From Candidatus Saccharimonadia bacterium (GTDB lineage Bacteria; Patescibacteriota; Saccharimonadia; Saccharimonadales; UBA4665), in the NCBI GenBank assembly GCA_963810525.1, contig CAWENB010000006.1, forward strand, positions 40,175-104,174: 64,000 nucleotides of DNA, in the 5' to 3' direction. The translations under genes and the position numbers were made by a program. This document shows, piece after piece, positions 1 through 9,837 of the stretch. The notes under the pieces are model-generated. The model was given only the letters and a program-made list of their open reading frames with translations, did no database searches and was not told where the DNA came from. How positions within the stretch are numbered: position 1 is the stretch's first letter; each line of letters starts with the position of its first letter.

Positions 1-138
1 GATGGTCTGCCATGGCTATACGCAGACACTCTCGAAAGCTTAGGCGCATACCTGGATACGCTCGGTCATGTTCGTATATCTGAACTTGAAAAAACTGCTG
101 CTGCCGCCGGATCGTTAATTTTACGCAGTCTACAATAA
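1..138 (+). CDS. 3' end (last 45 codons) of an unidentified CDS entering from the left edge
   Basis: Frame 1 is open from base 1 to TAA at 136-138 (...ELEKTAAAAGSLILRSLQ*). No recognisable motif. Confidence 0.3.
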   Translation, partial: DGLPWLYADTLESLGAYLDTLGHVRISELEKTAAAAGSLILRSLQ

Positions 139-204
139 TTTGACCAAGTATTGAGTTATACCACCGGATCAAATTTGGTCACTTTAATTAATTTGATCGA
201 TCAG

Positions 205-2640
205 TTAAGCTGCCATTGCATTTGATCTTGATCTGGCCCTACGACGAAGAACCATGGCATCACGTGCGTGCGGCACTAACTGCAGCCTCGATGTACTTTC
301 CGGCTGAGCGCGCAATTCACCGCTTCCTAGGCCTTCAATAATTTCAAATGCTTCAAAAAAGGGTGATGATGGGCTCATTAACTCCCGCCCTACAATTTGC
401 CTTGTAAATTTATGCTGATCATCTCCTGGTATTACAAGTAAACTACCTTCGCCAACGGATCCGAGCAACTCACCGGCAACAGATATCAAATCGCCGCCTT
501 GAACATAAACATCACCTTTTTCTGTCTTCGAACTGTCTGAAGAAATTACGCTAATCTCTGCTTCACTGGCAATGGCCTGTTCCGTAGGCCTTTGATATTT
601 TCGACCCCTGGTTAATACCCGTGAGTAACCACGTTCCGACAACCCGACAACAATCGGTGTTAATCCAGGATTTTGCATTTTGGGACCGGTAATAATAATT
701 GCCGTTCGATCAACCCCTGCACCTTGTGTTGCAGTTCTAGCAATTGCGGCTCTTGCCGATGATACTCGTCTTGCAATTTCACCGCTGGGATCTTCTCCTT
801 GTGCCAAGTGAACCGCCAGAAACTCTCGGAAACGTGCCGCCGCCAACATGGCCTCTTCACTTGCTGCATATTCAGGATCAATTGCGGCTCTGGCCTTTAT
901 CTGCGCATACATATCCATAATCTGAGCCTGCGAATCACTAGATAACACTAGAAATTCTTCTAGAGTCAACGCTGTACCGGCATTAAATTCTTGCATTGTG
1001 TCTAATATGGATGACGCATCTACAGTCTCAGTGGTACTTCTTTGCCATGCAGCTATTTCTCGGTCTCGCTGACGTTTTGCTTCTGCGGCCGCGCTTATTG
1101 CTAAGGTGTGATCTTTCCTATCTTCGAAATTTAACCTGTATATTAATAAACTACGGGCTCCGCTTAACCGCCTGGGCATCACAGTAGGTGGTATAACGGA
1201 GGCTAAGCCCGGATTAACCAGGAGGAGTACATCCCGGTCCCATTGAGCGATTAGTTCTTCCCGTTCTTCAACACCTATGATTGCAAGCGCTTTAGCAAGC
1301 TCTATATCTGCCCCCCTGATTGCTTCTAGCCCCTCTGCATACATTTGATTTAGCGATTTTCGATCGAAGTTTGGTAACGTTGCCCGGATCCTTATTACAA
1401 TTTGTTCAGCTTCGCTTAAAGGATTGGGACGAAGCTCATCCGGCATCCGGTTCCCAACACCGGGATTGTACTCAACGGCAAATGCTCGCTGCACTCTATA
1501 CTTGTACTCATCGTTAGCCCTTTGCCGGCGTTCTCTTTCCAGCTCAACTACCGCCTCTGCGTATGTTGCATCTAGAGTTTCCTTATAAATTTCGGTTCTC
1601 AAAATAACCGCTTCGGCTTCGCTAAGTAATAAAGGTTCAGGTGTGTCGGGCAATTTGCCTTCCATAGAAGGGTATTCGGCATACAATCTTGGTAATTCTT
1701 CCCATTGGTATTTAAAAACTCTTAATTCTTCTTCAGCCTCCGCTAAATATACATCGGCAAGGGCATTTGCATATGCCGGCATATGAGGATACTCTCTGCG
1801 TCGTTGATCCCTGTATAAGCTTTGCTGTATATAATCAACTTTAGGGGGGACTGTACGTTTGTGCCTTAAAAACCTAGCTGTCTGCCTTTCGTGTGTTAGT
1901 TTTTCATGTCTCCTTCTATCTAGGTAAGACTTTCCGACTCGGGCAGCAAAGCTTCCGCCGCCTTTTGCTACCTGTCCTAGTCTGGCAACTGCTCCCAACG
2001 CATTTGCCGAAGTCAATACGTCTCCATCATCCGGTACGGCTAGATCCGCCCCGTAATTCCCTGATTCTTCCGAACTTTCGGCAGCAGAGCTATTTTCGGT
2101 ACTTGCATTAGGTTCATCCTGCAACACAACTTCATCAACAATTTCCGCCTCTACCGGCTCGTCTGATTCGCCTGTTTGTGGCATCGTTAAGGTTTTTAAA
2201 AAGGCAACGTTAAGACGGTCTCCGCCACTGCCCAAACCTTCCCGGTCACTTTCCGGTAGAGTTACATCACCCTGCAATATAGCCGATACGGCAAGTCTAG
2301 CGAGTACCAACAGACGAATCTCGTCTTCACCTAGCATGATCGAACGTTCTACCTGGCCGTCAGGCTGCGGCTCGATCAATTTTTCAAATAAGCCGGCTGC
2401 TTGGAGACGGTCCAGCTCTGTGGCAAATCGCGAGACTACGCCGCATTCACGTACAGCAAGTTCACTCCCAGGTTCTTGATTATTTGCCCCGCCAGCATCT
2501 GCAGTACCGACTAAGCCCGCATGCGTTGCGGCAAGAGCCTGATCACCAAATGCAGTGGCACTACCAATCTGATCTGCCTCCTGTGGTAAACCGCTTAAGC
2601 GTAATCGTGCTTGATCATTTTCAAAATTAAAACCAGACAT
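205..2640 (-). CDS. Hypothetical 811-aa protein, downstream partner of the HerA-like ATPase
   Basis: Long uninterrupted ORF. Acidic Ser/Glu-rich linker near aa 160-200, long helical-looking middle, basic C-terminal tail (RRRARSRS). No catalytic motif recognised. Confidence 0.65.
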   Translation of the reverse strand: MSGFNFENDQARLRLSGLPQEADQIGSATAFGDQALAATHAGLVGTADAGGANNQEPGSELAVRECGVVSRFATELDRLQAAGLFEKLIEPQPDGQVERSIMLGEDEIRLLVLARLAVSAILQGDVTLPESDREGLGSGGDRLNVAFLKTLTMPQTGESDEPVEAEIVDEVVLQDEPNASTENSSAAESSEESGNYGADLAVPDDGDVLTSANALGAVARLGQVAKGGGSFAARVGKSYLDRRRHEKLTHERQTARFLRHKRTVPPKVDYIQQSLYRDQRRREYPHMPAYANALADVYLAEAEEELRVFKYQWEELPRLYAEYPSMEGKLPDTPEPLLLSEAEAVILRTEIYKETLDATYAEAVVELERERRQRANDEYKYRVQRAFAVEYNPGVGNRMPDELRPNPLSEAEQIVIRIRATLPNFDRKSLNQMYAEGLEAIRGADIELAKALAIIGVEEREELIAQWDRDVLLLVNPGLASVIPPTVMPRRLSGARSLLIYRLNFEDRKDHTLAISAAAEAKRQRDREIAAWQRSTTETVDASSILDTMQEFNAGTALTLEEFLVLSSDSQAQIMDMYAQIKARAAIDPEYAASEEAMLAAARFREFLAVHLAQGEDPSGEIARRVSSARAAIARTATQGAGVDRTAIIITGPKMQNPGLTPIVVGLSERGYSRVLTRGRKYQRPTEQAIASEAEISVISSDSSKTEKGDVYVQGGDLISVAGELLGSVGEGSLLVIPGDDQHKFTRQIVGRELMSPSSPFFEAFEIIEGLGSGELRAQPESTSRLQLVPHARDAMVLRRRARSRSNAMAA

Positions 2641-2831
2641 GTAATTTTAGAACCTTTAACATAATTAAGCATTTGTATGGCATGAGGATTACGTTCGAAA
2701 GTAATATAAACGCACCCAACGTACCGTTTCTTTACGATCGGTATTGTCACACCTGGACGCAAAGATTATCACATAATATAATACAATAATTCTTCGATTT
2801 AGTACATATCTAAAATGACTTCACCGCTTAG

Positions 2832-5192
2832 CTAGGCCGCATCTAGTAACAATTTTTTGCGGGCAGCATCGTGCAATAAAGTATCACGACTCGGTAATGG
2901 GATAGCGGCAAGCTCAGTTACAGAAAGGGAAATATCTGGCAGTAAAGTAGTTAATTGAGCCAAAAACCGAGCATCTGCATCTCTTCTAGACTGGGCTTCC
3001 TGGCTAAAATTCTGAACGAAATTCCAGTTCCATGTTGCCAAAACTTCGATGTCACTAGGTTTATAGTGCGGAGAAGGTAAATTATTCATCTTCTCGGCAA
3101 ATTTTCGTACTCGTTCGGACGGGGTGCCACCTGGTAAAAGTCTTTGCAGACGTTCGATGTAATCTATCGGTCTGATACCGACACCCTCTAATAATTCGTG
3201 GGCCAGCCAACGATTCCCCGGAATCTTCATAGATAATGATATTTCATTCAGTAAGGCATTTCTTCTCTCTCTTACGGTAGAGTTTGCCGGTACTCCATCG
3301 ATCTCAAAATCTAATAGAGGTGCAGGAGCTTCATCGGGTAAAATAGGCATTTTATGCGGATTCAATTTATCTAATTCGTGTAATACCTGCAAGGTGATTG
3401 GGACAAATTCAACGCCCAATCTTTGACCGGACTGTATATAGCCTTCTTGATCGCGACCGTAAACAAGATCCCTCATGACAATTCCGGCAGCCGCCATATA
3501 CTCATGCGGATTATAGCCAGAGGCATCAATTGCTTCCGCCCTGGCAGTTATGGCATCATCAATTAACTTTGCGATTACGCACTCCCCAAGCCTAACCGGT
3601 AAATCTCTAATGTGATTAATAACTTCACTCGGCAGTTCTGGCAATGGACGATTAGTTAACATATGTTTAACAACTTGTTCGGTGGCTAGCCAAGTAATTA
3701 CCGATGCCTCATCCATGCTTTTGGCTATTTCTTTCGCCTTGCTCATTTCAATCGTATTAGGAATAAAATCGCCACTATATGCTGCCGAACTCAAGCTTCT
3801 CAATATAGGTTGTGCTTTTTCATCGGGAGCTTCACGAAGAATCTTACTCAAAATGGTCTTTATTCGTCTCGGATGGTCCATATCCTCCCTAACTCCCAGC
3901 ATCGATACTTCTGCAACGCCTTTGCCGGCTGTCCGGATTCGCGCAAGCCGAGTGCGTTGCACTTCTTCATCACCATCAAAGTTCATTGTCTGAGCGATGT
4001 AATTAACCTGTTCTTCTGTAGATAGTCTGAAAATTGTTTTTGTTCCGGCTTGCTTTACTGCTTGGTCGGAAACTGCCAGCGGATCCTGGTCTGCAAGTAA
4101 TAACCCTTCGTGGTAAGCTCGGATTTCAGTAAACATATCGCTAAACGTTTTTGCCACGTAGGCATCCGCGCCGCCGTTGGCCGATCGGCTCACAATCTTA
4201 TGCGCTTCATCAATTATGGTTGCGTGTAAAATCCCTGGCGGGCCCATAGATTCTCTGGCTTTAGAAGCCAACATCTGGTCGGCTTGTAAGGTCTGAGCAA
4301 GCTTAATAAGTAAAATCCCTATAGCAAAACCTTGATCGGTGTCGCTGTTTACCATGCTAAGATCTATCACGACATGATTGTTTTTGATCATTTCGCGAAA
4401 ACTTGCTGGATGACCAGTTTCACAAAAACTTCCTAAGGGCCCTGTTTCATAGGATATGAGCCTGGTATCCATATAGCCACGTACGCCTTCGCGAGTACGC
4501 TCATCATATCTTCCACCTTTGCGGCCGGATATAGGATTCGGATTATCCAATACGTCATAAACAGCTTTGTGCAACTGTTTAAGTGAAGGAATTCTAGGAG
4601 GGGTTGTGCGAGTCGCTTGTTGAACGCCCGTTTCAATATCCCAGCCGCAATCTTTATATACGTTTTCTAAAGCCTCACCAATAATGCTGGCATATAGGGT
4701 TCCTTCTTCTCGACTAGTGACTGAAGTACTGACAAATAATGTCTTCACCATATCAATATGGGCTTGTATAGAGGTTCCCGGCTCAGGCTCTAAAGGGTTA
4801 AATTTAACAGGTAGGCTATTAGGGTCGCCAGGACGGATCGTAATTACCGGCAAGTTGGTACAACGCTGATCGAGATCATCGTACTCATGGCCCTTGATAG
4901 GAGCAAATAGCAGAAATGGTATGCCCCTCTCGTCAAGCGCCTGGCAACGACCCCTTATATACTCAGTTTTACCGGATCCTGTCATACCGAACGCTACCTC
5001 ATGAAGATTCAGCACTTCTACATCCGTGCTTACCGGGACTAAATGATCTTGGTCTACATTGTCATAACTATCTACTTCATAACCAACATTAATAGCTGCC
5101 TCTCGCGGAACGTTTATGTCTTCAAACGCTTCTTCAAATACGCTGAACCTAGGCTGCAGCGCACCTTGTTCACCTATAGGTACATTTGTCAT
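2832..5192 (-). CDS. HerA/FtsK-superfamily (DUF87-like) P-loop ATPase with a long C-terminal extension
   Basis: Walker A GMTGSGKT near aa 70 and Walker B ATIIDEAHKI. These are followed by EIRAYHEGLLLADQDP...GTKTIFRL, resembling the HerA EGRKYG..QRP..i.lrl layout. About 330 aa C-terminal to the core carry no motif. Confidence 0.7.
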   Translation of the reverse strand: MTNVPIGEQGALQPRFSVFEEAFEDINVPREAAINVGYEVDSYDNVDQDHLVPVSTDVEVLNLHEVAFGMTGSGKTEYIRGRCQALDERGIPFLLFAPIKGHEYDDLDQRCTNLPVITIRPGDPNSLPVKFNPLEPEPGTSIQAHIDMVKTLFVSTSVTSREEGTLYASIIGEALENVYKDCGWDIETGVQQATRTTPPRIPSLKQLHKAVYDVLDNPNPISGRKGGRYDERTREGVRGYMDTRLISYETGPLGSFCETGHPASFREMIKNNHVVIDLSMVNSDTDQGFAIGILLIKLAQTLQADQMLASKARESMGPPGILHATIIDEAHKIVSRSANGGADAYVAKTFSDMFTEIRAYHEGLLLADQDPLAVSDQAVKQAGTKTIFRLSTEEQVNYIAQTMNFDGDEEVQRTRLARIRTAGKGVAEVSMLGVREDMDHPRRIKTILSKILREAPDEKAQPILRSLSSAAYSGDFIPNTIEMSKAKEIAKSMDEASVITWLATEQVVKHMLTNRPLPELPSEVINHIRDLPVRLGECVIAKLIDDAITARAEAIDASGYNPHEYMAAAGIVMRDLVYGRDQEGYIQSGQRLGVEFVPITLQVLHELDKLNPHKMPILPDEAPAPLLDFEIDGVPANSTVRERRNALLNEISLSMKIPGNRWLAHELLEGVGIRPIDYIERLQRLLPGGTPSERVRKFAEKMNNLPSPHYKPSDIEVLATWNWNFVQNFSQEAQSRRDADARFLAQLTTLLPDISLSVTELAAIPLPSRDTLLHDAARKKLLLDAA

Positions 5193-5394
5193 AACTTACT
5201 TTTATACAAGGTCAAAACATTGCTCCGTAAAAATAAGCAAATATATATAATATATATAGTTTAACTTTGACTGGACTCCTTGCCTAATTTATTATACAAT
5301 TATTTTTGATATTCGCCAATAGTCATACCTGTAATAATTCTTTGATAGAAGATGACCTAGGTATCTCTCTTTTTATTTATTTTCATTAGTACCC
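5193..5394. promoter_or_regulatory. AT-rich divergent intergenic region, probably holding promoters for 2832-5192(-) and 5395-7464(+)
   Basis: 202-nt spacer between divergent genes, very AT-rich, with the run tatatataatatatata. No specific boxes assigned. Confidence 0.3.
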
Positions 5395-7464
5395 ATGACC
5401 GATACACAAGAAGAACTAGTTGAACCACCTTCGGTGGACGATTCTGAAGTTAAGGAAGCTCAGGATGCAGAACAACAACAGCAACAGACTGTTGCAGAAC
5501 ATGCCGGCCAAGTAGCAGTAGATGAGACTGCCAAGGAGGCTCAGGAGTTAAGAACTGAGGTAGATACTATCCGGGAAGACGAACAGGCTGTAGCTGCCGA
5601 AGAAGCAGCTGCCGACCAAAGGTCGCAAGCTGAACAGCAACAACAAGAGCAAGCTGAAGCTGAACGGGCAGCTGAGCAGCAAATACTGGAAGCTGCTGCC
5701 AGGCAGGAAGCTGCCGAAGCTGCCGGCCGTTTTGCTACCAGAGGAGTAGCTACCGAACCACATGCAGCAGAACCAGCCGTTGCACAAGATCAGCAACAGG
5801 ATCCGGAACAGCACCGGAATGATACCCGAGCCGAGGATAGCGGACAACCACCGGCCAATCAGGGAACAGGTCAAGATGATGCAGCCGCTGCTGCAGCGGA
5901 CAGAGCTAGGGGAGAACCAGGGCCTGAGGAGCCTGATGAAGCTGCCGACAGGCCTGCCGGCGGCAGTAGCGGCAGTGGAGGCGGAACAACAGGCGGCGGT
6001 AGAGGTACCGGCGGAGAGGAAGATGGTGATCCTGATGATCCGGATAGGGACGAAGATGATCATGACGAGGATGATGCTGACCAACATACAACCGGCAGAG
6101 ATAGTGGTAGTGCTAGAGACGGAGATGGAGACAGACAAAGTCCTGATGATGCCAGTAGGCCTGCTGGAGAAGAACCTGGTGAAGCTGCAGCAGACAGGGA
6201 TAGGGGTGAACCAGGGTCTGAGCATAGAGATGAAGTTGAAGCTGAAGCGGCAGCAGAGGCTGCAGCTGCCGCTGCAACTACGGCAGAGCCAAGGCCTGAG
6301 CATAGAGATGAAGACGAAGAAGTAGATGAGGAAGAAGCTGGGGCTACAGAAGGACCAGGGCCTGAGCATAGAGATGAAGCAGTAGGCAGGCCTAGGGAAG
6401 ATGTTGAAGAGACTGATGCCCAGGAGGATGAGGCAGAGGGTGGTGAGGGGCCGGAGGGAGGAAGAGGGCCAACGGACAGGCCGGAGGGGGATGAGGAGGA
6501 AGAGGACACATTACCGGAGGATAGAGATATAGTTGAACGCGTAGCGGAAGTTACAGCAGCCGACGAAACGCTTATCATAAACGAAGCTATTGCTGAAGAT
6601 ATTGCCAGGCAATATGAACAATACGTATCTGACGTAAATAACGGTGCAGAACCTGACCCGGCCGAAGAACAGCGTATCGCGGAGGAGATGGATAATGCTG
6701 AAAAAGAAGTGATTGACGCTAAGTTAAGTGCAGAGGAGCTTTATGATGACATTAGAGATGTAACGCTTGAGGAACGACTGGAAGCTATGGGTATGTCGGA
6801 CTTCAGGCCCCCGACCGGGGAAGAAATCGGACGCTGTGATTTTCATGATTATCGTCAATCACTTGGGGACCCGGAAGCATCTGCTACGGATGCTTCGAGA
6901 CAGCTTATAAGAGAGCTTCATGGCATGGGACCAGCAGGACTTAATGCGGCCGAGGTAATTGGCGAGTTACGGGCAAATCACTCGAGCCATACCGAAACGG
7001 GCGGGTACTTTGTCGATGACTGGGATGCTAGACCCTGCGTGGTGACGCGTGATGAAGCAACTGGCCACCTGGTAGTCGACTACTATTCGTTCCATGAGGT
7101 AACACAAGGAACCTTTCAAGAAATTCAAGATCGTTTAGACCCGAAAACATACAGTGTCGAAGAACGACTACATGCCGGAAGACGTGAAGAAGTGTCGTCT
7201 GAAAGCCGTGGGCAGCATGGCACTTCGGGCAGAGGCTCCGCGTTGATCGTTGCCGACTCCTTAAATACACGATTGGAGCGAATGGGAGTCGGGGCACACA
7301 TGAGAATTGAAATAAATCCCCAGCAAATTACTTCCGCAGAGCTTCGCAGCACACTTCAGCAAAGAGAAGGCATTGTTTTGACGCAAGCAGAATTGGATAG
7401 AATGAACGCGGAAGATCAAGCAATGACAGAGCGGGATTTATTGGATCAGTTCCCAGACCTTTGA
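5395..7464 (+). CDS. Hyper-acidic low-complexity protein (E/D/A/Q/G-rich N-terminal ~380 aa) with a non-repetitive C-terminal domain
   Basis: 689-aa ORF with repeated peptide units GEPGPEEPDE, GEPGSEHRDE, PRPEHRDE, GPGPEHRDE. The C-terminal ~300 aa have normal composition. Confidence 0.65.
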   Translation: MTDTQEELVEPPSVDDSEVKEAQDAEQQQQQTVAEHAGQVAVDETAKEAQELRTEVDTIREDEQAVAAEEAAADQRSQAEQQQQEQAEAERAAEQQILEAAARQEAAEAAGRFATRGVATEPHAAEPAVAQDQQQDPEQHRNDTRAEDSGQPPANQGTGQDDAAAAAADRARGEPGPEEPDEAADRPAGGSSGSGGGTTGGGRGTGGEEDGDPDDPDRDEDDHDEDDADQHTTGRDSGSARDGDGDRQSPDDASRPAGEEPGEAAADRDRGEPGSEHRDEVEAEAAAEAAAAAATTAEPRPEHRDEDEEVDEEEAGATEGPGPEHRDEAVGRPREDVEETDAQEDEAEGGEGPEGGRGPTDRPEGDEEEEDTLPEDRDIVERVAEVTAADETLIINEAIAEDIARQYEQYVSDVNNGAEPDPAEEQRIAEEMDNAEKEVIDAKLSAEELYDDIRDVTLEERLEAMGMSDFRPPTGEEIGRCDFHDYRQSLGDPEASATDASRQLIRELHGMGPAGLNAAEVIGELRANHSSHTETGGYFVDDWDARPCVVTRDEATGHLVVDYYSFHEVTQGTFQEIQDRLDPKTYSVEERLHAGRREEVSSESRGQHGTSGRGSALIVADSLNTRLERMGVGAHMRIEINPQQITSAELRSTLQQREGIVLTQAELDRMNAEDQAMTERDLLDQFPDL
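5917..6379 (+). repeat. In-frame dispersed coding repeat CC(A/G)GG(G/T)CTGAGCATAGAGATGAAG (three good copies, one degenerate)
   Basis: Copies read at 6211-6235, 6289-6313 and 6355-6379. A degenerate copy lies at 5917-5941 (ccagggcctgaggagcctgatgaag). Confidence 0.6.
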
Positions 7465-7584
7465 TAATAAGCGAGTAAATTGAGTCGGTGATGATTTTTA
7501 CTTTAGAAAGCCAGAAAATCTGCTACTTTGAAGAGAGATGCTTTCGCGGCACTCGAGTAGTAAGGATGTGTGCGGGAGAACGAC

Positions 7585-8694
7585 ATGCGAATTGCTAAGG
7601 TAGAGATACGCAAGCTCGCACTGCCCATGGTACACGATTTCACTATAAGTACTGGCGGTGTAACCCATAAAGAATCGGTGCTTACGAAGCTCTTCACAGA
7701 AGGAGGTCTGATAGGTTATGGGGAGTCAAGTACATTCAATACCCCGATCTTTACCGGCGAGACAAGCGACGATGTAGCGCATGTTTTAAAAGAAGTGATC
7801 GCGCCTAACGTAGTCGGTAAATACTTTGGGTCGCCGGAAGCGTTTAAAGCTTCATACGATAGCATTACCAGTAGTAATGCGGCCAAGACGGGTATCGAGT
7901 GTGCGTTCTGGCATCTTTATGCATTGCAAAAGAACGTATCCTTAAGCGAGCTGTTCGGCGGCGTCCAAGCCCGGATACCGGTCGGAGAAAGTATCGGGAT
8001 CAAAGATACCATAGCCGGAACGATGGAAGAGGTCGAAAATAGATTAGCAGAAGGCTATCGGCGAATTAAGCTTAAGATAAAGCCAGGTTGGGATGTCGAA
8101 CTGCTTAAAGCGGTGCGCCAGCAGTGGCCTGACATAGACCTTGCCGTGGATGCCAACACGGCTTATACGTTCAACGAAAATGCGGAAATTCTTAAATCGC
8201 TCGATAATTATAATTTGACAATGATTGAGCAGCCATTCGCTGCCCGTGAAATAATGGATCACGCAAAGCTGCAGAACATGATCAAAACCCCGGTATGCTT
8301 AGACGAAAGTATACGTAGTTTGGCCGATCTGAAAATCACTTCGGCAGTTGGTGCCTGCAAATTAGTGAATATTAAACCCGTAAAAGTCGGCGGTATTATA
8401 GAAAGTATAAAAATATACGACTACGCTGAAGCCCATGACGTAGGCGTATGGTGCGGGGGAATGCTGGAAACGGGCATAGGCCGTGCATTTAATATTGCGT
8501 TGGCTTCAAAAAGCAAGTTCATTTATCCGGCGGATATGTCGCCGTACCAGGTTTTCTTCGCCGAAGACCTCATTGATCCGAGTTATGTGGTCGATAGGAA
8601 CGGTTTTATTGATGTGCCAAAATCTCCGGGTTTGGGCTATGCCATTCGCGACGACGCCATCGAAAAATATACTGTGTCTACGACTGTCATATGA
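7585..8694 (+). CDS. Enolase-superfamily enzyme, o-succinylbenzoate synthase / N-acylamino-acid racemase / dipeptide epimerase type
   Basis: KxK motif (RIKLKIKPG), metal ligands in AVDAN, MIEQP and LDES, and second catalytic Lys in VNIKPVKVGG. ATG at 7585 (MRIAKVEI...) is preferred over the upstream alternative start at 7570. Confidence 0.85.
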   Translation: MRIAKVEIRKLALPMVHDFTISTGGVTHKESVLTKLFTEGGLIGYGESSTFNTPIFTGETSDDVAHVLKEVIAPNVVGKYFGSPEAFKASYDSITSSNAAKTGIECAFWHLYALQKNVSLSELFGGVQARIPVGESIGIKDTIAGTMEEVENRLAEGYRRIKLKIKPGWDVELLKAVRQQWPDIDLAVDANTAYTFNENAEILKSLDNYNLTMIEQPFAAREIMDHAKLQNMIKTPVCLDESIRSLADLKITSAVGACKLVNIKPVKVGGIIESIKIYDYAEAHDVGVWCGGMLETGIGRAFNIALASKSKFIYPADMSPYQVFFAEDLIDPSYVVDRNGFIDVPKSPGLGYAIRDDAIEKYTVSTTVI

Positions 8695-8868
8695 TGTATC
8701 ACGTTTCCGAAAATTAAATGCTTTTCTGTGCGTAGAAATCGGGAAAACGTTTTGCACAAAAAATAAATACACCTGACTGAGATGGACAAATGATTCTGTA
8801 ACGCCGGAACTATTTTTGTACCGTTGTCGGCTCTCCATTAGGCATTATGAGGCTATGTAGAATCTAAC

Positions 8869-9732
8869 TTGATGAGGATAGGGTTGCCGGATGCAAAACC
8901 ATGTGATTTTATTGTTTTTATGGTAGAAATATTTGGCACGGACATATCGAGAATAGCCGAGTGCATGCCTTACTATGCTAATTCACAATTGCTCACACCC
9001 GCTGATCGCTTTGCCAGATTAGAAGCTGCTACCAGTGTTTTAGAGGGAGCGCTTATGGCTGTTGGTGCTCCAGCTGACACCGGAGAATATCTACAGATTT
9101 TTCGTGTCAAGACATGGCTGGCGTGTTTGCCGAGCCTTCGAGCCACCGCGCTGGAAGCGCCTCATAACGCGGACATATCCGAAGCGGTGCTAGCCAATAT
9201 ATTACCGCCCATGCGGCAGCTTGCAGAAGATACTGCCGAGCACGTCGATCACGGTATCGGTGGCGATTCGGCTCACGGTTTCTTGGGGGAGTTGGCCGTA
9301 TTAGGGTCGCTACTTTGGGCGCATACCACCGATCCCGACCGGGCTCTGCACCGCGTACTGCCGGCTACGGCAGACCAAGATAGAAGCGGAAGTCAAGGTA
9401 GACGGAGCGGATTTGATCTGCTGCTGGATAGTGCGAAATTCGTCACGCCGCTGCAGGTTAAGAGCTCTGACAGCCGGGAAGCGAAAATCCGAGCGTATGG
9501 CGGAGGCTCCAACCGATATCAGCGAAATATTGCCAAAATTTACATATCTAGGCTATTAGGGCTCCATAGCGATAGTTATGAACACCTTTACGCTCCCCAA
9601 TTGCTGGCTGACGCCGTGCTGAGAAGGGATGAAGACGTACTCACACAAGCCATCGAAGGCATCGATTTGGCCGTACAAAGCGCAGAGCACCGCAAAGTTC
9701 ATGTTGAGGAATTCTATCGAGATTTAGTATAA
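8869..9732 (+). CDS. Hypothetical protein with a possible PD-(D/E)XK nuclease-like core
   Basis: 287-aa ORF. The segment RRSGFDLLLDSAKFVTPLQVKSSD resembles the D...(D/E/Q)xK signature of restriction-endonuclease-fold (DUF4365-like) domains. This is a weak, motif-only call. Confidence 0.45.
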   Translation: MMRIGLPDAKPCDFIVFMVEIFGTDISRIAECMPYYANSQLLTPADRFARLEAATSVLEGALMAVGAPADTGEYLQIFRVKTWLACLPSLRATALEAPHNADISEAVLANILPPMRQLAEDTAEHVDHGIGGDSAHGFLGELAVLGSLLWAHTTDPDRALHRVLPATADQDRSGSQGRRSGFDLLLDSAKFVTPLQVKSSDSREAKIRAYGGGSNRYQRNIAKIYISRLLGLHSDSYEHLYAPQLLADAVLRRDEDVLTQAIEGIDLAVQSAEHRKVHVEEFYRDLV

Positions 9733-9837
9733 ATATCGTGCATAGAGTTTATTGCAAAGATAAGCGTAAGTAGTATCTGATTTTCAAATAACTATGCCTT
9801 GAGCAACAGTAACACCGCAAATAAACTCATAGGCTAC

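Noticed and set aside
5548-6578. Long ORFs on the opposite strand and in alternative frames (273 aa, 187 aa, 172 aa, 61 aa) inside the acidic-protein gene
   Set aside because: They mirror the GA/GC-rich low-complexity codon repeats of the sense gene. Their products are Ser/Leu/Cys/Phe-rich nonsense with no starts or RBS support, so they are classic shadow ORFs.
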